NCBI GenBank assembly: GCA_964371095.1
Contig: CAYJMJ010000008.1
Location: forward strand, 8,278 to 72,277
Origin: an uncultured Dehalococcoidia bacterium
GTDB taxonomy: Bacteria; Chloroflexota; Dehalococcoidia; DSTF01; JACRBR01
DNA: 64,000 bases
Reading direction: 5' to 3'
Part shown: positions 1 through 9,568 of the stretch, piece by piece
Position numbering within the stretch: the stretch's first letter is position 1
How the letters are laid out: each line of letters begins with the position of its first letter
Made by a program: the position numbers and the translations under genes
Notes under the pieces: generated by a model
Database searches by the model: none
What the model saw: the letters and a program-made list of their open reading frames with translations, nothing else
What the model was told of the DNA's origin: nothing

Positions 1-1
1 T

Positions 2-553
2 GCGGCCTTCGCGGCGTCGCTTCCCCTCGACGGCGCACCCGACACGATCTTCAACTACTCGAGCGGCACCTCGAACATCATTTCCGCGATCATCAAACGG
101 CTCGTCGGCAGAGATGACGCATACGGCGCGTTCCTGCGCCGCGAGCTGTTCGATCGGATCGGCATGGCGAGCGCCACGCCCCGCTACGACCGCTCGGGTT
201 CCTGGATCGCGTCGTCGTTCTGCTTCTGCACGCCGCGGGACTTCGCCAGGTTTGGCCTGCTCTACCTGCGAGACGGCATATGGGACGGCGAGCGCATTCT
301 TCCCGACGGATGGGTGGACTACGGGCGTACGCCGGCGCCCGTCCAACCCGTCGACGCCGGCTACGGAGCCCACTGGTGGCTGCTCGGCGACGATCTCGGC
401 ACGTTCTACGCGAGCGGCTACGTCGGCCAGCGCATCATTCTCGTGCCCGCGCTTGACCTGATCATCGTCCGCAACGGGAACACGCCGGTCGAGCGCGCGC
501 CGCACATTGCCGCGATGGCGCGGGAGATCATCGACCTGTTTCGCGACGCGTGA
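2..553 (+). CDS. Serine hydrolase, beta-lactamase family; 5'-truncated by the window edge
   Basis: Frame from position 2 reads AAFAASLPLDGAPDTIFNYSSGTSNII...TPRDFARFGLLYLRDGIWDGERILPDGWV...YGAHWW...FYASGYVGQRIILVPALDLIIVR, the typical C-terminal half of this family. Confidence 0.85.
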   Translation, partial: AAFAASLPLDGAPDTIFNYSSGTSNIISAIIKRLVGRDDAYGAFLRRELFDRIGMASATPRYDRSGSWIASSFCFCTPRDFARFGLLYLRDGIWDGERILPDGWVDYGRTPAPVQPVDAGYGAHWWLLGDDLGTFYASGYVGQRIILVPALDLIIVRNGNTPVERAPHIAAMAREIIDLFRDA

Positions 554-604
554 CGTCGGCCGCCCGGCGGTAACATGAGCCCGTCGCCAGCAAGGAGTCC
601 GTAC

Positions 605-1156
605 ATGCCCCGCATCAAACCGATCGACTACGCAGCATCCAGCGCGGAGATCCGCGCCGCGCACGATCAGGTCGTCGCCGAGCACGGGCGCGTCACCAAC
701 ATGAAGATGACGCTCTTGCGCTCGATGCCCGCGTTCCGGGCACTGATGGAGTGGTACCCGCTGCACGACACGGTGCAGACGTTCCTCGGCGAGCGGCTCA
801 CCAACCTGTTCACCCACGCCATCTCGACCGAGAACGACTGCCTCGTCTGTTCGACGTTCTTCCGGCGGATTCTCATCGACGCGGGCGAGAATCCGAACGA
901 CTTCGCGCTCGACGATCGCGAGCGGGCCGTCGTCGAATTCGGACAGCACCTCGCGAAGCCGTACGCCCGCGTCCCGGACGACGTCTACGCGCGCGTCGCC
1001 GCGCTGTTCGCGGAGGAGCAGGTCGTCGCGCTCACGGCCTTCGGCGCGATGATGGCGGCGACCAACATCTTCAACAACGCGCTCGATGTGGACCTCGATG
1101 GCTACCTGGAGCCGTATCGCAAGTCCGAATCGTCGCAGGCGCGGGGGGAGGCCTGA
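605..1156 (+). CDS. AhpD-like / carboxymuconolactone decarboxylase family protein
   Basis: SD AAGGAG before ATG 605; CxxC in 'ISTENDCLVCS'; C-terminal 'EQVVALTAFGAMMAATNIFNNAL'; TGA overlaps the next ATG. Confidence 0.75.
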   Translation: MPRIKPIDYAASSAEIRAAHDQVVAEHGRVTNMKMTLLRSMPAFRALMEWYPLHDTVQTFLGERLTNLFTHAISTENDCLVCSTFFRRILIDAGENPNDFALDDRERAVVEFGQHLAKPYARVPDDVYARVAALFAEEQVVALTAFGAMMAATNIFNNALDVDLDGYLEPYRKSESSQARGEA

Positions 1157-1965
1157 TGCCGGAGCGTGAATTCGAGGGAAAGGTCGCGTTCATCACCGGA
1201 GCGGCGCACGGACAGGGCCGCGCGGCGGCGCTGTCGCTTGCGCGCGCGGGCGCCCGTATCGCCGCCTTCGACGTCGCCAGGCCGATGACCTATCCGGGCT
1301 ACGCGCTCGGCTCGAGCGACGACCTGCGCGGCCTGCAGGCGGCGTGCCGCGATGCTGCCTCGGACTGCCTGACATTCGAGGGCGACGTGCGCGACGATGC
1401 GTCGATCAGCGCCGCGGTCGACGCCACGGTCTCGTCGTTCGGCCGCATCGACGTGCTGTTCAACAACGCCGGCATCTGTGCCTACGGCCTCGCCCACGAG
1501 CTGACCGAAGAGGCGTGGGACGCGATGATCGATATCAACCTCAAGGGCGCATGGCTCGTCGCCCGGCGGATCATCCCGATCATGATCGGACAGCGTTCGG
1601 GCGTGATCATCAACAACTCGTCGGTTGCCGGGTTGCGTGGCATGAACCGGCTAAGCCACTACGCGGCGTCGAAGTGGGGACTGACCGGCCTCACGCGATC
1701 CTGGGCAATCGAGCTGGCGCCGCACGGCATTCGCGTCGTCTCGATCCACCCCACTGGCGTCAACACGCCGATGAACGACGGCCTGGCCGCGCTCGAAGGC
1801 GCGACGGCGCAGGAGATCGCCGAGCGATCCGCCGGCAACCTGCTGCCCGTGCCGTGGATCGAGCCGGAGGACGTGGCCGAAGCAGTGCTCTACCTCGCCT
1901 CCGACCGCGCGCGGTTCATCACCGGATCCCAGTTCGTGATCGACGCCGGCCTGCTGGCGCGGTAG
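1156..1965 (+). CDS. SDR oxidoreductase, mycofactocin-coupled subfamily-like
   Basis: TGAAHGQG, NNAG and YAASK motifs; insertion after beta2 ('FDVARPMTYPGYALGSSDDL') typical of mycofactocin-associated SDRs; 'SIHPTGVNTPM'. Confidence 0.8.
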   Translation: MPEREFEGKVAFITGAAHGQGRAAALSLARAGARIAAFDVARPMTYPGYALGSSDDLRGLQAACRDAASDCLTFEGDVRDDASISAAVDATVSSFGRIDVLFNNAGICAYGLAHELTEEAWDAMIDINLKGAWLVARRIIPIMIGQRSGVIINNSSVAGLRGMNRLSHYAASKWGLTGLTRSWAIELAPHGIRVVSIHPTGVNTPMNDGLAALEGATAQEIAERSAGNLLPVPWIEPEDVAEAVLYLASDRARFITGSQFVIDAGLLAR

Positions 1966-2310
1966 CGACCCCGGCGGCACCACCGGCCATGCCTCGGCAC
2001 ATGACGCGCGCATTTGGAGTTCCTGCCCGACCTGTGCGACGTTCCCCTGATGACGCGACGCGAATGCCCGCCGCTCATCAACAATGCCGGCTGGCCACGA
2101 TGCTCAACCGGCACGCCGGGATCGCCCCGCCCGGGGAATAGTGAAGATTCCAATAAATGTCGACTATCGCTCGCCGGCCAATCCATAGACGGCGCGCGCT
2201 CGCACAGAACGACGCCTCCGGGGCGAATCGGGCGTTGGAGCGGCAGGGAATTCCGCGAGTCCTGGCGCGACCCGGGATCGGTCCCGGATCCTGCCTGTCG
2301 CTCGTGTCGC

Positions 2311-3561
2311 CTAGTTCCCGAAGTCCCAGCCCTGGCCGCTGTGGTATCGCTTGAGCACGTTCTTCGCGATCAGGATCTTGTGCACCTCGTCCGGTCCGTC
2401 CGCGAGGCGCAGCGTGCGCGCGCCCTGGTACATGCCGGCCAGCGGCAGGTCGCCCGTCACGCCCGCGGCGCCCCACACCTGGATCGCCCGATCGACGACG
2501 CGCTCGTACGCCGCGGGCACGAAGATCTTGATCGCAGAGATATCGGTCCGCGGGTCGACGCCGCTCTCCATCTTCTCGGCGCAGTGGATCGTCATCAGCC
2601 GCGCCGCCTGGATGTCGATGTACGAGTCGGCGATGAAGCCTTGCATGAACTGCTTGGTCTCGAGCATGCCGCCGTGAACCTCTCGCGTCATGGTCCGCTC
2701 GACCATCAGGTCGAACGCGCGCCACATCTGGCCCACCGAGTTCATGCAGTGGAACACGCGTCCCGCGCCGAGCCGGTCCTGCGCCGCCTGGTGCCCCGTG
2801 CCCGTCTGACCGAGCTGGTTGGTGACCGGAACGCGCACGTTGTCGTAGATGATCTCGCAGTGGTCGCTGTCGACGCCCCAGACGTTGATGCCGCGCACGA
2901 TCGTCACGCCGGGCGTCTCCTTCGGCACGATGATCTGCGTCATCTTGCCGTTCCGCTCGGCGGGCCCATCCGGATCGTCCGTCCGGCACATCACGATGAA
3001 GAAGTCGGCGCGCTTGCCATTCGAGGTGAACCACTTGTGGCCGTTGATCACCCACTCATCGCCGTCGCGGCGGGCGCTGGTCTTTATGGCACGCGGGTCG
3101 GAGCCGGGCGCGTCCGGCTCCGTCATCGAGAAGCCCGACTCCATGCCCTTCTCGATCATCGGGAGGAGCCACTTGCGCTTCTGCTCCTCGGTCCCGTACT
3201 TGACGAGGATCGTCTGGTTGCCGGAATTCGGCGCGACGACGCCGAACAGCGCGGCCGCGCCGACGGCGTACGCCAGCACCTCGTTCATGTAGGCGTGCTC
3301 GAGGAAGTTCAATCCCGCGCCGCCGTACTCGACCGGCAGGTGCGGCGCCCACAGCCCCGCGTCTTTCACCTTCTGCTTGATGCCCTCCCTCAGCTCGTGG
3401 GCCTGCTTCACATCGCTCTCCGTGAAGCGCTTATCGTGGCGCCAGGCCCAGAGGAAGTTCTCGTTCGGGAGAATCTCCTTGTTGACGATCGACGCCGTCA
3501 GCTGGCGGATCTCGTTCACGCGTTCGTTAATCGTCGGGATCGGTTGGACGTTCATGCGCAT
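2311..3561 (-). CDS. Acyl-CoA dehydrogenase (ACAD10/11-like subgroup)
   Basis: 'APNSGN', 'FSMTEPDAPGSD', 'WVINGHKWFTSNG', 'AQDRLGAGRVFHC', 'RLADGPDEVH'; SD GAGGAG 8 nt before ATG. Confidence 0.92.
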   Translation of the reverse strand: MRMNVQPIPTINERVNEIRQLTASIVNKEILPNENFLWAWRHDKRFTESDVKQAHELREGIKQKVKDAGLWAPHLPVEYGGAGLNFLEHAYMNEVLAYAVGAAALFGVVAPNSGNQTILVKYGTEEQKRKWLLPMIEKGMESGFSMTEPDAPGSDPRAIKTSARRDGDEWVINGHKWFTSNGKRADFFIVMCRTDDPDGPAERNGKMTQIIVPKETPGVTIVRGINVWGVDSDHCEIIYDNVRVPVTNQLGQTGTGHQAAQDRLGAGRVFHCMNSVGQMWRAFDLMVERTMTREVHGGMLETKQFMQGFIADSYIDIQAARLMTIHCAEKMESGVDPRTDISAIKIFVPAAYERVVDRAIQVWGAAGVTGDLPLAGMYQGARTLRLADGPDEVHKILIAKNVLKRYHSGQGWDFGN

Positions 3562-3685
3562 GGCAGATTCTCCTCTAGCGCCAAGTCCGGGCGCGATCCG
3601 ATTCTAGGCCGGATCATGCGCGAGGGGAACCTCCATTGACGCCGTTTCCGGAACTGGATTGAGGCCGTCCCGTTGCGTGTTCGGC

Positions 3686-4574
3686 CTACGCCTGCCAGAG
3701 CGGCGACGAGGCCTTCATGAATCTGAGCATCATGATCATTGAAGCGACGTCCTGCGTGCCCGATGCCTCGCGCATGAGCGTCTCGAACCAGACGTATTCG
3801 GTCTTCGGCGTCTGCCCCACCGCGAGGATCGTCGCGCCAACGTCGTACGCGCGATCCGAAAACACCGGCCCACGAAGGTGGCGTATCTCGATCGCCCCGT
3901 ATAGCCCGACGGCCTGCGCCCGGCCCAGGCGCATGCCCTTCTGCGCCTGCGTCATCAGATGCACCAGCAGGCCGGGTCCGACGATCGGACCGCCCCACGG
4001 AGATGGGCTGCGGTACCAGTCCAGCGGCTCGGTGATCGCGTCGAGCCGCGGCCCGGCGTCGGCTTCACTCAGTCGCACCGACACCGGCCCTATGCGGTCG
4101 CCCGGCGCGAGGTGCGAGAGCATGCGCATCTCGCCGCTCTCCCGCGGTTCGGCCAGCTTTCGGCGCAGCATCGACGGCTCCGGAGGAGCGCCGATTGAAG
4201 CCGTGCCCTCGAGGACCTGCGTGCCGTCGTCTTTCTCCATCCAGACGTCGACCTGGGCGTCCTTCGCATTGCGGGACGGCATGCGTACATACGCGCGGAC
4301 GGGTTCGCCGTCCGTCGTCGCGCTCCGGAAGTACGTGGAAAGGCCACCCGACTGGAACCACCGTTGACCGAAAGCCGCGAGCATGAGCCGGGGGGAACTG
4401 CTCCATGTGGATCGAGCCGGCGACCGTGCCGCCGCGAAACCCGAGCCGTTGCGCCGTGCTGTCGTCGTGGATACTACCGCGCTGCGACGCCGCGAGATTG
4501 CGCGGCTTCCGGTACGGGCCGATCAGTACGCCGTCCCGCTCGACGATGCCGGTGTCGACTGCCTCGCTGGTCAT
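3686..4574 (-). pseudogene. Double hot-dog-fold (MaoC-like) protein split by a one-base frameshift near 4389-4395; true pseudogene or assembly error
   Basis: ORF 4574 ('SIHDDSTAQRLGFRGGTVAGSIHMEQFPP') continues coherently in another frame as 'LMLAAFGQRWFQSGGLSTYFR...' if one base is removed from TTCCCCCCGGCTC; the span is 889 bp = 3n+1. Confidence 0.7.
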
Positions 4575-4662
4575 CGCGACGCCCCCTTTCCGGCTGGAGC
4601 CGTTCAGGGCGCTATCTTACACCCGCCGGCGGCGGCGGAACCGCGCCATTCCGGCCCGGCTG

Positions 4663-5916
4663 CTAGGTGGCCGCCGCCTCGGCGCTGACGTCGTCGCCGT
4701 ACGTCGCCGCCTTCGTGCTCTTCTCGGCATGGTGCTCCGCGGCGAAGCGCAGGTCGGCGAGGAACTCGTCGATCACATCCTTGTGCCGCGGGCTGGCCAT
4801 CAGGTGGAGCGACGGCGGCCCCTCCTGGCGGTCGAAGTGCCAGCCGCGCTCGTTCATGACATCGCCAATGGCGAAGATGTCCTGCGTGTGCGAGCCGACC
4901 GCCGTCACGGTCATGTCTGGCTCGCCCCACACGTGCACGCCGTCGATCGCGCGCACGCCGTCGATCAGCCGGCGCGTCGCTTCGAGCGTGTCTTTCGCCA
5001 GCCGCAGGTATCCGTCTTCGCCGAGGAACTGCAGAACGGCCCAGCATGCCGCGATCGGCGGCGCCGGCTTCGTGCCGAGAAAAGCGAGCGTCCCGTAAAG
5101 ACCGCCCGGCCAATCGTTGAACATGAAGATCTGGTGGCGCAGGTTCGCCTTCGGCCGGTGCAGGATCACCGAAGCGCCCTTGATCGCGTAGCCGTACTTG
5201 TGGACGTCCGCCGAGATCGACGATACGCCCGGCACGCGGAAGTCCCACGGCGGCACCGGGTGCCCCAGCCGCTCGAGGAACGGCAGCATGAACCCGCCGA
5301 GGCAGGCGTCGACGTGAAACGGCACGCCGGCATCCGAGGCGATCTTCGCCATCTCCGGGATTGGGTCGATCATGCCGAACGGATACGCCGGCGCGGACCC
5401 GACGGCCAGCACGGTGTCGTCGGTGATCATGCCGGCCAGGTCCGCCGCCGACGTCCGCAGGTCGTCGCCGAGCGGCATGTGCGCCCACTCCAGGTCGAGC
5501 AGGTGAGCCGCCTTGATGAAGGCCGGGTGCGCCGTCCGCGGCAGGATGATCCGGCCGTGCCGGATGCCCTTCTCCTCCCGCATCCGATCGCGTGCGGTCT
5601 TCACGCCCATGAAGATCGACTCGGTGCCGCCGGAGGTCATGGTGCCGCCGACGTCCTCGCCGCCGTGGAGCAGGTCCGCCGCGATCTCGACGACCTGCCC
5701 CTGCATCTCCCGCAGGCTCGGGAAGGCGAACGGATTGAGCGCGTTCTCCACGAGCACGTGCCCGGCGGCCGCGTGCAACATCTCGTCGACCTCGGGTCCT
5801 GCGTTATAGATGAGGCCCCACGTGCGGGCGCTGTGGTAGTCCGCGTCATTCGTCTGCATGGAGCGCAGGCGCGCCATGACGTCGTCGACCGAGGATCCGT
5901 TAGCAGGCAGTTTCAT
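4663..5916 (-). CDS. PLP-dependent group II decarboxylase family, sphingosine-1-phosphate lyase-like
   Basis: 'TSGGTESI', 'TAHPAFIKA', 'HVDACLGG', PLP lysine in 'SADVHKYG', C-terminal 'TYG'; SD GGAG before ATG 5916. Confidence 0.85.
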   Translation of the reverse strand: MKLPANGSSVDDVMARLRSMQTNDADYHSARTWGLIYNAGPEVDEMLHAAAGHVLVENALNPFAFPSLREMQGQVVEIAADLLHGGEDVGGTMTSGGTESIFMGVKTARDRMREEKGIRHGRIILPRTAHPAFIKAAHLLDLEWAHMPLGDDLRTSAADLAGMITDDTVLAVGSAPAYPFGMIDPIPEMAKIASDAGVPFHVDACLGGFMLPFLERLGHPVPPWDFRVPGVSSISADVHKYGYAIKGASVILHRPKANLRHQIFMFNDWPGGLYGTLAFLGTKPAPPIAACWAVLQFLGEDGYLRLAKDTLEATRRLIDGVRAIDGVHVWGEPDMTVTAVGSHTQDIFAIGDVMNERGWHFDRQEGPPSLHLMASPRHKDVIDEFLADLRFAAEHHAEKSTKAATYGDDVSAEAAAT

Positions 5917-6025
5917 GCGGCGTCTCCAGGCTGTGGGCTGTTGCGCATGGCGGGCGGCCCCAGAATAGCACGGTGTTCGCCGGCGAAAACGCGATCGGCG
6001 CGAACCGATGCTACAATCGCGTGCC

Positions 6026-8197
6026 ATGCCGCTGGATCGACCCTCGCCACGGCCGCGTGACGACGGCCACGTCGTCGAGGTGGTGACCACAGCCTACGCG
6101 TGGCGCTGGTCGCCGGGTACCGATGAGTTCGTGCTATCCGATGAGCAGGGCCGGACCATCCTTTCGTCGCAGCTGCAGCCGGCCGTCGAGGCGACGCGAC
6201 GGCACCTGCCCGGCCCCGGCCGCTGCATCGAGCGCGCGATCGACGGCCCGCACCTGCGCATCCGGTACGCCGGCGTCAACGAGATCGATGGGCTGGAGAT
6301 GGTGATTCGGTTCGAGGCAGCGCATTTCGTCGTCGAGGAGACGACCTTCACGCCGTCCGACGACGCCGCCGTCGTGCGCATCGCCTGGCTTGCGGCATGG
6401 GAGGATGGCGTCCTGCGTCCTGCGGGAACGGCCGGTACCTGCCTGATCCCGGGCGGCCGCCAGGATCCCGAGCAGGCGATCTTCCCGACGGCCGGCCTCG
6501 AGGATCATCGCTTCTCCGTCGGCGCGTTCGGGCTCGACGTGGGGACGTACCACCAGCAGTGGGCGCTGCCGCACTATCTCGTCGTGGCGTACAACGCCGG
6601 CGACGCGCCATCGGGCGCGGCGTGCATCGGCCTGGGCGCCGCGCCCGACGGCAACGTGCTCGTGCGCATGCATCGGGGCCGCTTCTCGTACGAGACCAAC
6701 GTACGGGGTGACCTCTGGGGCCACCGGGCCGGTCCCGGCGAGGTGCGGTTCGACGCGCCACTGGTCGTCGCCGTGGCACGCGACTGGTACGACGCCGGCC
6801 TCGCGTACTTCGACGCGCTGCACGACGAGGGCTACGCGCCGCGCCGCCGCGCCGATGACGTGCCCGCCGCCGCCTTCCTGCCGCAGTACGACACGTGGGG
6901 CGACCAGGGGGCGCGCCGCTGCTTCCTCGAGCGCTTCGACGAGGAGCACCTGCGCGAGATCTACCGCAACTTCCGCGCCTCCAGACTTCGGTCGAGGCTC
7001 TTCGTCATCGACGACAAGTGGGAAGGAACGTACGGCTCGCTCGTCCACGACGAAGAGCGTTTCCCGCGGTTCACCGAATTGCTCGACGAGATTCGGACCG
7101 ACGGCCACGAGATCGGGATCTGGACGGCCTTCCCGCGCTGCGAAGACTACGCGGCGCTCGGACTCACCGCCGACGCGGTGCTCCGGGACCCGGACGGCAC
7201 GCCGTACGTGTATCGGCAGCGCAAACGATCGTGGTACATCTTCGACCCGACGAATGCCGAAGCGGCGGCGTACCTGGCGGATCGCGCGCGTCACCTTGTC
7301 GAGACGTACCGGCCCGCCCTCGTCAAGATCGACTTTGGGTACGAGATCCCGCCGCCCGACGTCGCCGCTCCGCACGACATGGCCTGGGCGGGCGAGCGGC
7401 TCTTCCAGCGCTTCCTGGAGGTCGTCGTCGGCGCGATGAAGGAGGCCGCCCCGCGAGTGGCCGTGCTGTACTACTGCCTGACGCCGCTGTTCAGCCGGTA
7501 CATGGACCTGTCCGGCGCCGACGACCTCTGGATGTCGCGCGGCGCGTACGACGCCGGATTCGCGCGCCGGGCGCTGCTTTCATCGTGGTGCGGCGCGTTC
7601 GGCGTGGTGCCGTACGCTTCGAGCGGCTATGACTGGCGCTCGATCCGGGAGATCTGGCTGGACACCCCCGTTATCGGCACGCCCGGCGTCATCGCCCCGC
7701 TCGCGGGCGACGAGTACGGCGAGACGATCACGCCGGCGCTCGCGGCGATCTACAACGGCGTCGCCCGCATCACGAGATCGAATCCCTTCTACCGCGTTCA
7801 GTTCTTCGATGCCGACCTCGTCGATCTGGCTGCCGGGCCGCGCGCACGCACGTGGGCGCGCATCGAAGGTGGCCAGACGGTGGTCCTGACGCTGCGCCCC
7901 GGCCCCGACGGCGTCGCGCGCGCGGCTGGAACCGCCGAATCCGATTGCCCGGCAATGATCGCATCGCTGACGGCAATGGACGTCCGGTCATCGCCGACGA
8001 TCGGCATCGTGCCGTTTGAACGCGGGCGCGTGACCGTGGAGCGCACCGAGGCGGGCATCGCGCACGGCGTGGCCCATCTGCTATCGGGCGCGGCTGTGCC
8101 GTTCGAGGTGCGTCAGTCCGGAGGCCGCCTCTTCGTCGAAGTCGCGTGCGAGGTGGGCGGAGATCCGGTCGAGTTGATCGAGGTGCGTTTCACGTAG
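6026..8197 (+). CDS. Divergent clan GH-D glycoside hydrolase (GH31/GH36-like TIM barrel)
   Basis: 'FVIDDKWEGTYGSLVHDEERFP', 'GIW', 'FDPTN', putative nucleophile in 'VKIDFGYE'; TACAAT 8 nt before ATG. Confidence 0.65.
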   Translation: MPLDRPSPRPRDDGHVVEVVTTAYAWRWSPGTDEFVLSDEQGRTILSSQLQPAVEATRRHLPGPGRCIERAIDGPHLRIRYAGVNEIDGLEMVIRFEAAHFVVEETTFTPSDDAAVVRIAWLAAWEDGVLRPAGTAGTCLIPGGRQDPEQAIFPTAGLEDHRFSVGAFGLDVGTYHQQWALPHYLVVAYNAGDAPSGAACIGLGAAPDGNVLVRMHRGRFSYETNVRGDLWGHRAGPGEVRFDAPLVVAVARDWYDAGLAYFDALHDEGYAPRRRADDVPAAAFLPQYDTWGDQGARRCFLERFDEEHLREIYRNFRASRLRSRLFVIDDKWEGTYGSLVHDEERFPRFTELLDEIRTDGHEIGIWTAFPRCEDYAALGLTADAVLRDPDGTPYVYRQRKRSWYIFDPTNAEAAAYLADRARHLVETYRPALVKIDFGYEIPPPDVAAPHDMAWAGERLFQRFLEVVVGAMKEAAPRVAVLYYCLTPLFSRYMDLSGADDLWMSRGAYDAGFARRALLSSWCGAFGVVPYASSGYDWRSIREIWLDTPVIGTPGVIAPLAGDEYGETITPALAAIYNGVARITRSNPFYRVQFFDADLVDLAAGPRARTWARIEGGQTVVLTLRPGPDGVARAAGTAESDCPAMIASLTAMDVRSSPTIGIVPFERGRVTVERTEAGIAHGVAHLLSGAAVPFEVRQSGGRLFVEVACEVGGDPVELIEVRFT

Positions 8198-8266
8198 CCG
8201 CGGTCGCTCGTAGGTCGCGACGTCCGTACACTTCCCACCTGCCATCAGCCGGTGAAGGAGGCCACC

Positions 8267-9553
8267 ATGACCGACATACGCGATCTCTCGGAACGCCTGT
8301 GGAACGCCACCCTCGAGTCGGCCGACGCGCACCCGGTGCACGCGCGCTACCCCGAGGGCGACGAGATCCTCGACGGCGTGCTGTTCTACAAGGGTCTCGC
8401 CAGCGCCAACACCATCGACACGGGCGACGGCCTGATCATGCTCGATACGGGCGCGGTCAACGATACGAAGCCGCTCCATGAAGCCGTGCGTCGCTGGCGC
8501 CCGGAGACTCCGCTCGCCGGGGCGATCTTCTCCCACCACCACGTCGACCACATCTTCGGCGTCGCGCCGTTCGAGAAAGAGGCAGAAGAGCGCAGATGGC
8601 CCCGGCCGGTCGTGTACGGCCACGCCGGCCTCGCGCCGAACTTCGACCGGTACAAGAAGACGCGCGGTTGGAACGCCGCGATCAACGTCCGCCAGTTCGC
8701 GCTGCCCGTCGCCCGCTTCCAGTGGTTCGCCGAGTATCGATATCCCGACGTCGAGTACCACGACCGCATGACGTTTCGGCGCGGCGACCTGACGTTCGAG
8801 CTGCATCACGCCCGCGGCGAGACCGACGACGCAACCTGGACGTGGATCCCGGAGCGCCGCATCCTGGCGCCGGGCGACCTGTTCATCTGGGCCGCGCCGA
8901 ACGCCGGCAACCCGCAGAAGGTGCAACGCTTCGCGTCCGACTGGGCCGTCGCGCTGAGGGAGATGGCCGCGCTCGGCGCCGAGACGATGATCCCCGGTCA
9001 CGGCATGCCGATCTTCGGCGCGGACCGCGTCCGCACCGCGCTCGGCGACACGGCCGAGCTGCTGGAGTCGCTCGAAGCGCAGACGCTCGCGCTGATGAAC
9101 GCCGGCGCCACCCTCGACCGCGTGCTCCACGAGGTGGAGATGCCGCAGCACCTTCTGGCGAAGCCGTACCTCAAGCCGATCTACGACCACCCGCAGTTCA
9201 TCCTGCGGAACATCTGGCGACTGTACGGGGGCTGGTACGACGGCGAGCCCGACAACCTGCTCCCGGCGCCGCGCGCGGAACAGGCGCGCGAATGGATCGC
9301 GCTCGCCGGCGGACTCGATCGCGTGCTCGAACGAGCGTCAGCGCTCAAGTCCGAGGGCAACCTGCGGCTCGCCTGCCACATCGTCGAGTTCGCCGTCATC
9401 GCATCGCCCGATTCGTCCGCTGCGCACGCCGTCCGACGCGACATCTACAGTGCGCGCGCGAAACTCGAGGAATCGTCGATGTCGCGGAACATCCTCAACC
9501 ACGCCGCACTCGCGAGCGCCGAGGGGAAGCGCGACCTGGCCGGACAGCCATAG
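8267..9553 (+). CDS. Alkyl-sulfatase-like metallo-beta-lactamase-fold hydrolase with dimerisation domain
   Basis: 'SHHHVDH', 'HARGETDD', 'PNAGNPQKVQR', 'PGHG', 'IWRLYGGWYDGEP'; SD AAGGAGG before ATG 8267. Confidence 0.85.
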   Translation: MTDIRDLSERLWNATLESADAHPVHARYPEGDEILDGVLFYKGLASANTIDTGDGLIMLDTGAVNDTKPLHEAVRRWRPETPLAGAIFSHHHVDHIFGVAPFEKEAEERRWPRPVVYGHAGLAPNFDRYKKTRGWNAAINVRQFALPVARFQWFAEYRYPDVEYHDRMTFRRGDLTFELHHARGETDDATWTWIPERRILAPGDLFIWAAPNAGNPQKVQRFASDWAVALREMAALGAETMIPGHGMPIFGADRVRTALGDTAELLESLEAQTLALMNAGATLDRVLHEVEMPQHLLAKPYLKPIYDHPQFILRNIWRLYGGWYDGEPDNLLPAPRAEQAREWIALAGGLDRVLERASALKSEGNLRLACHIVEFAVIASPDSSAAHAVRRDIYSARAKLEESSMSRNILNHAALASAEGKRDLAGQP

Positions 9554-9568
9554 GGACAGCGCCGGAGG

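Noticed and set aside
2014-3639. 541-aa plus-strand ORF
   Set aside because: Antisense shadow of the acyl-CoA dehydrogenase; long shadow ORFs are expected at this GC. The same applies to 4405-6060, 14344-16206, 17111-18460, 27716-29245, 28630-30831 and 46121-48181.
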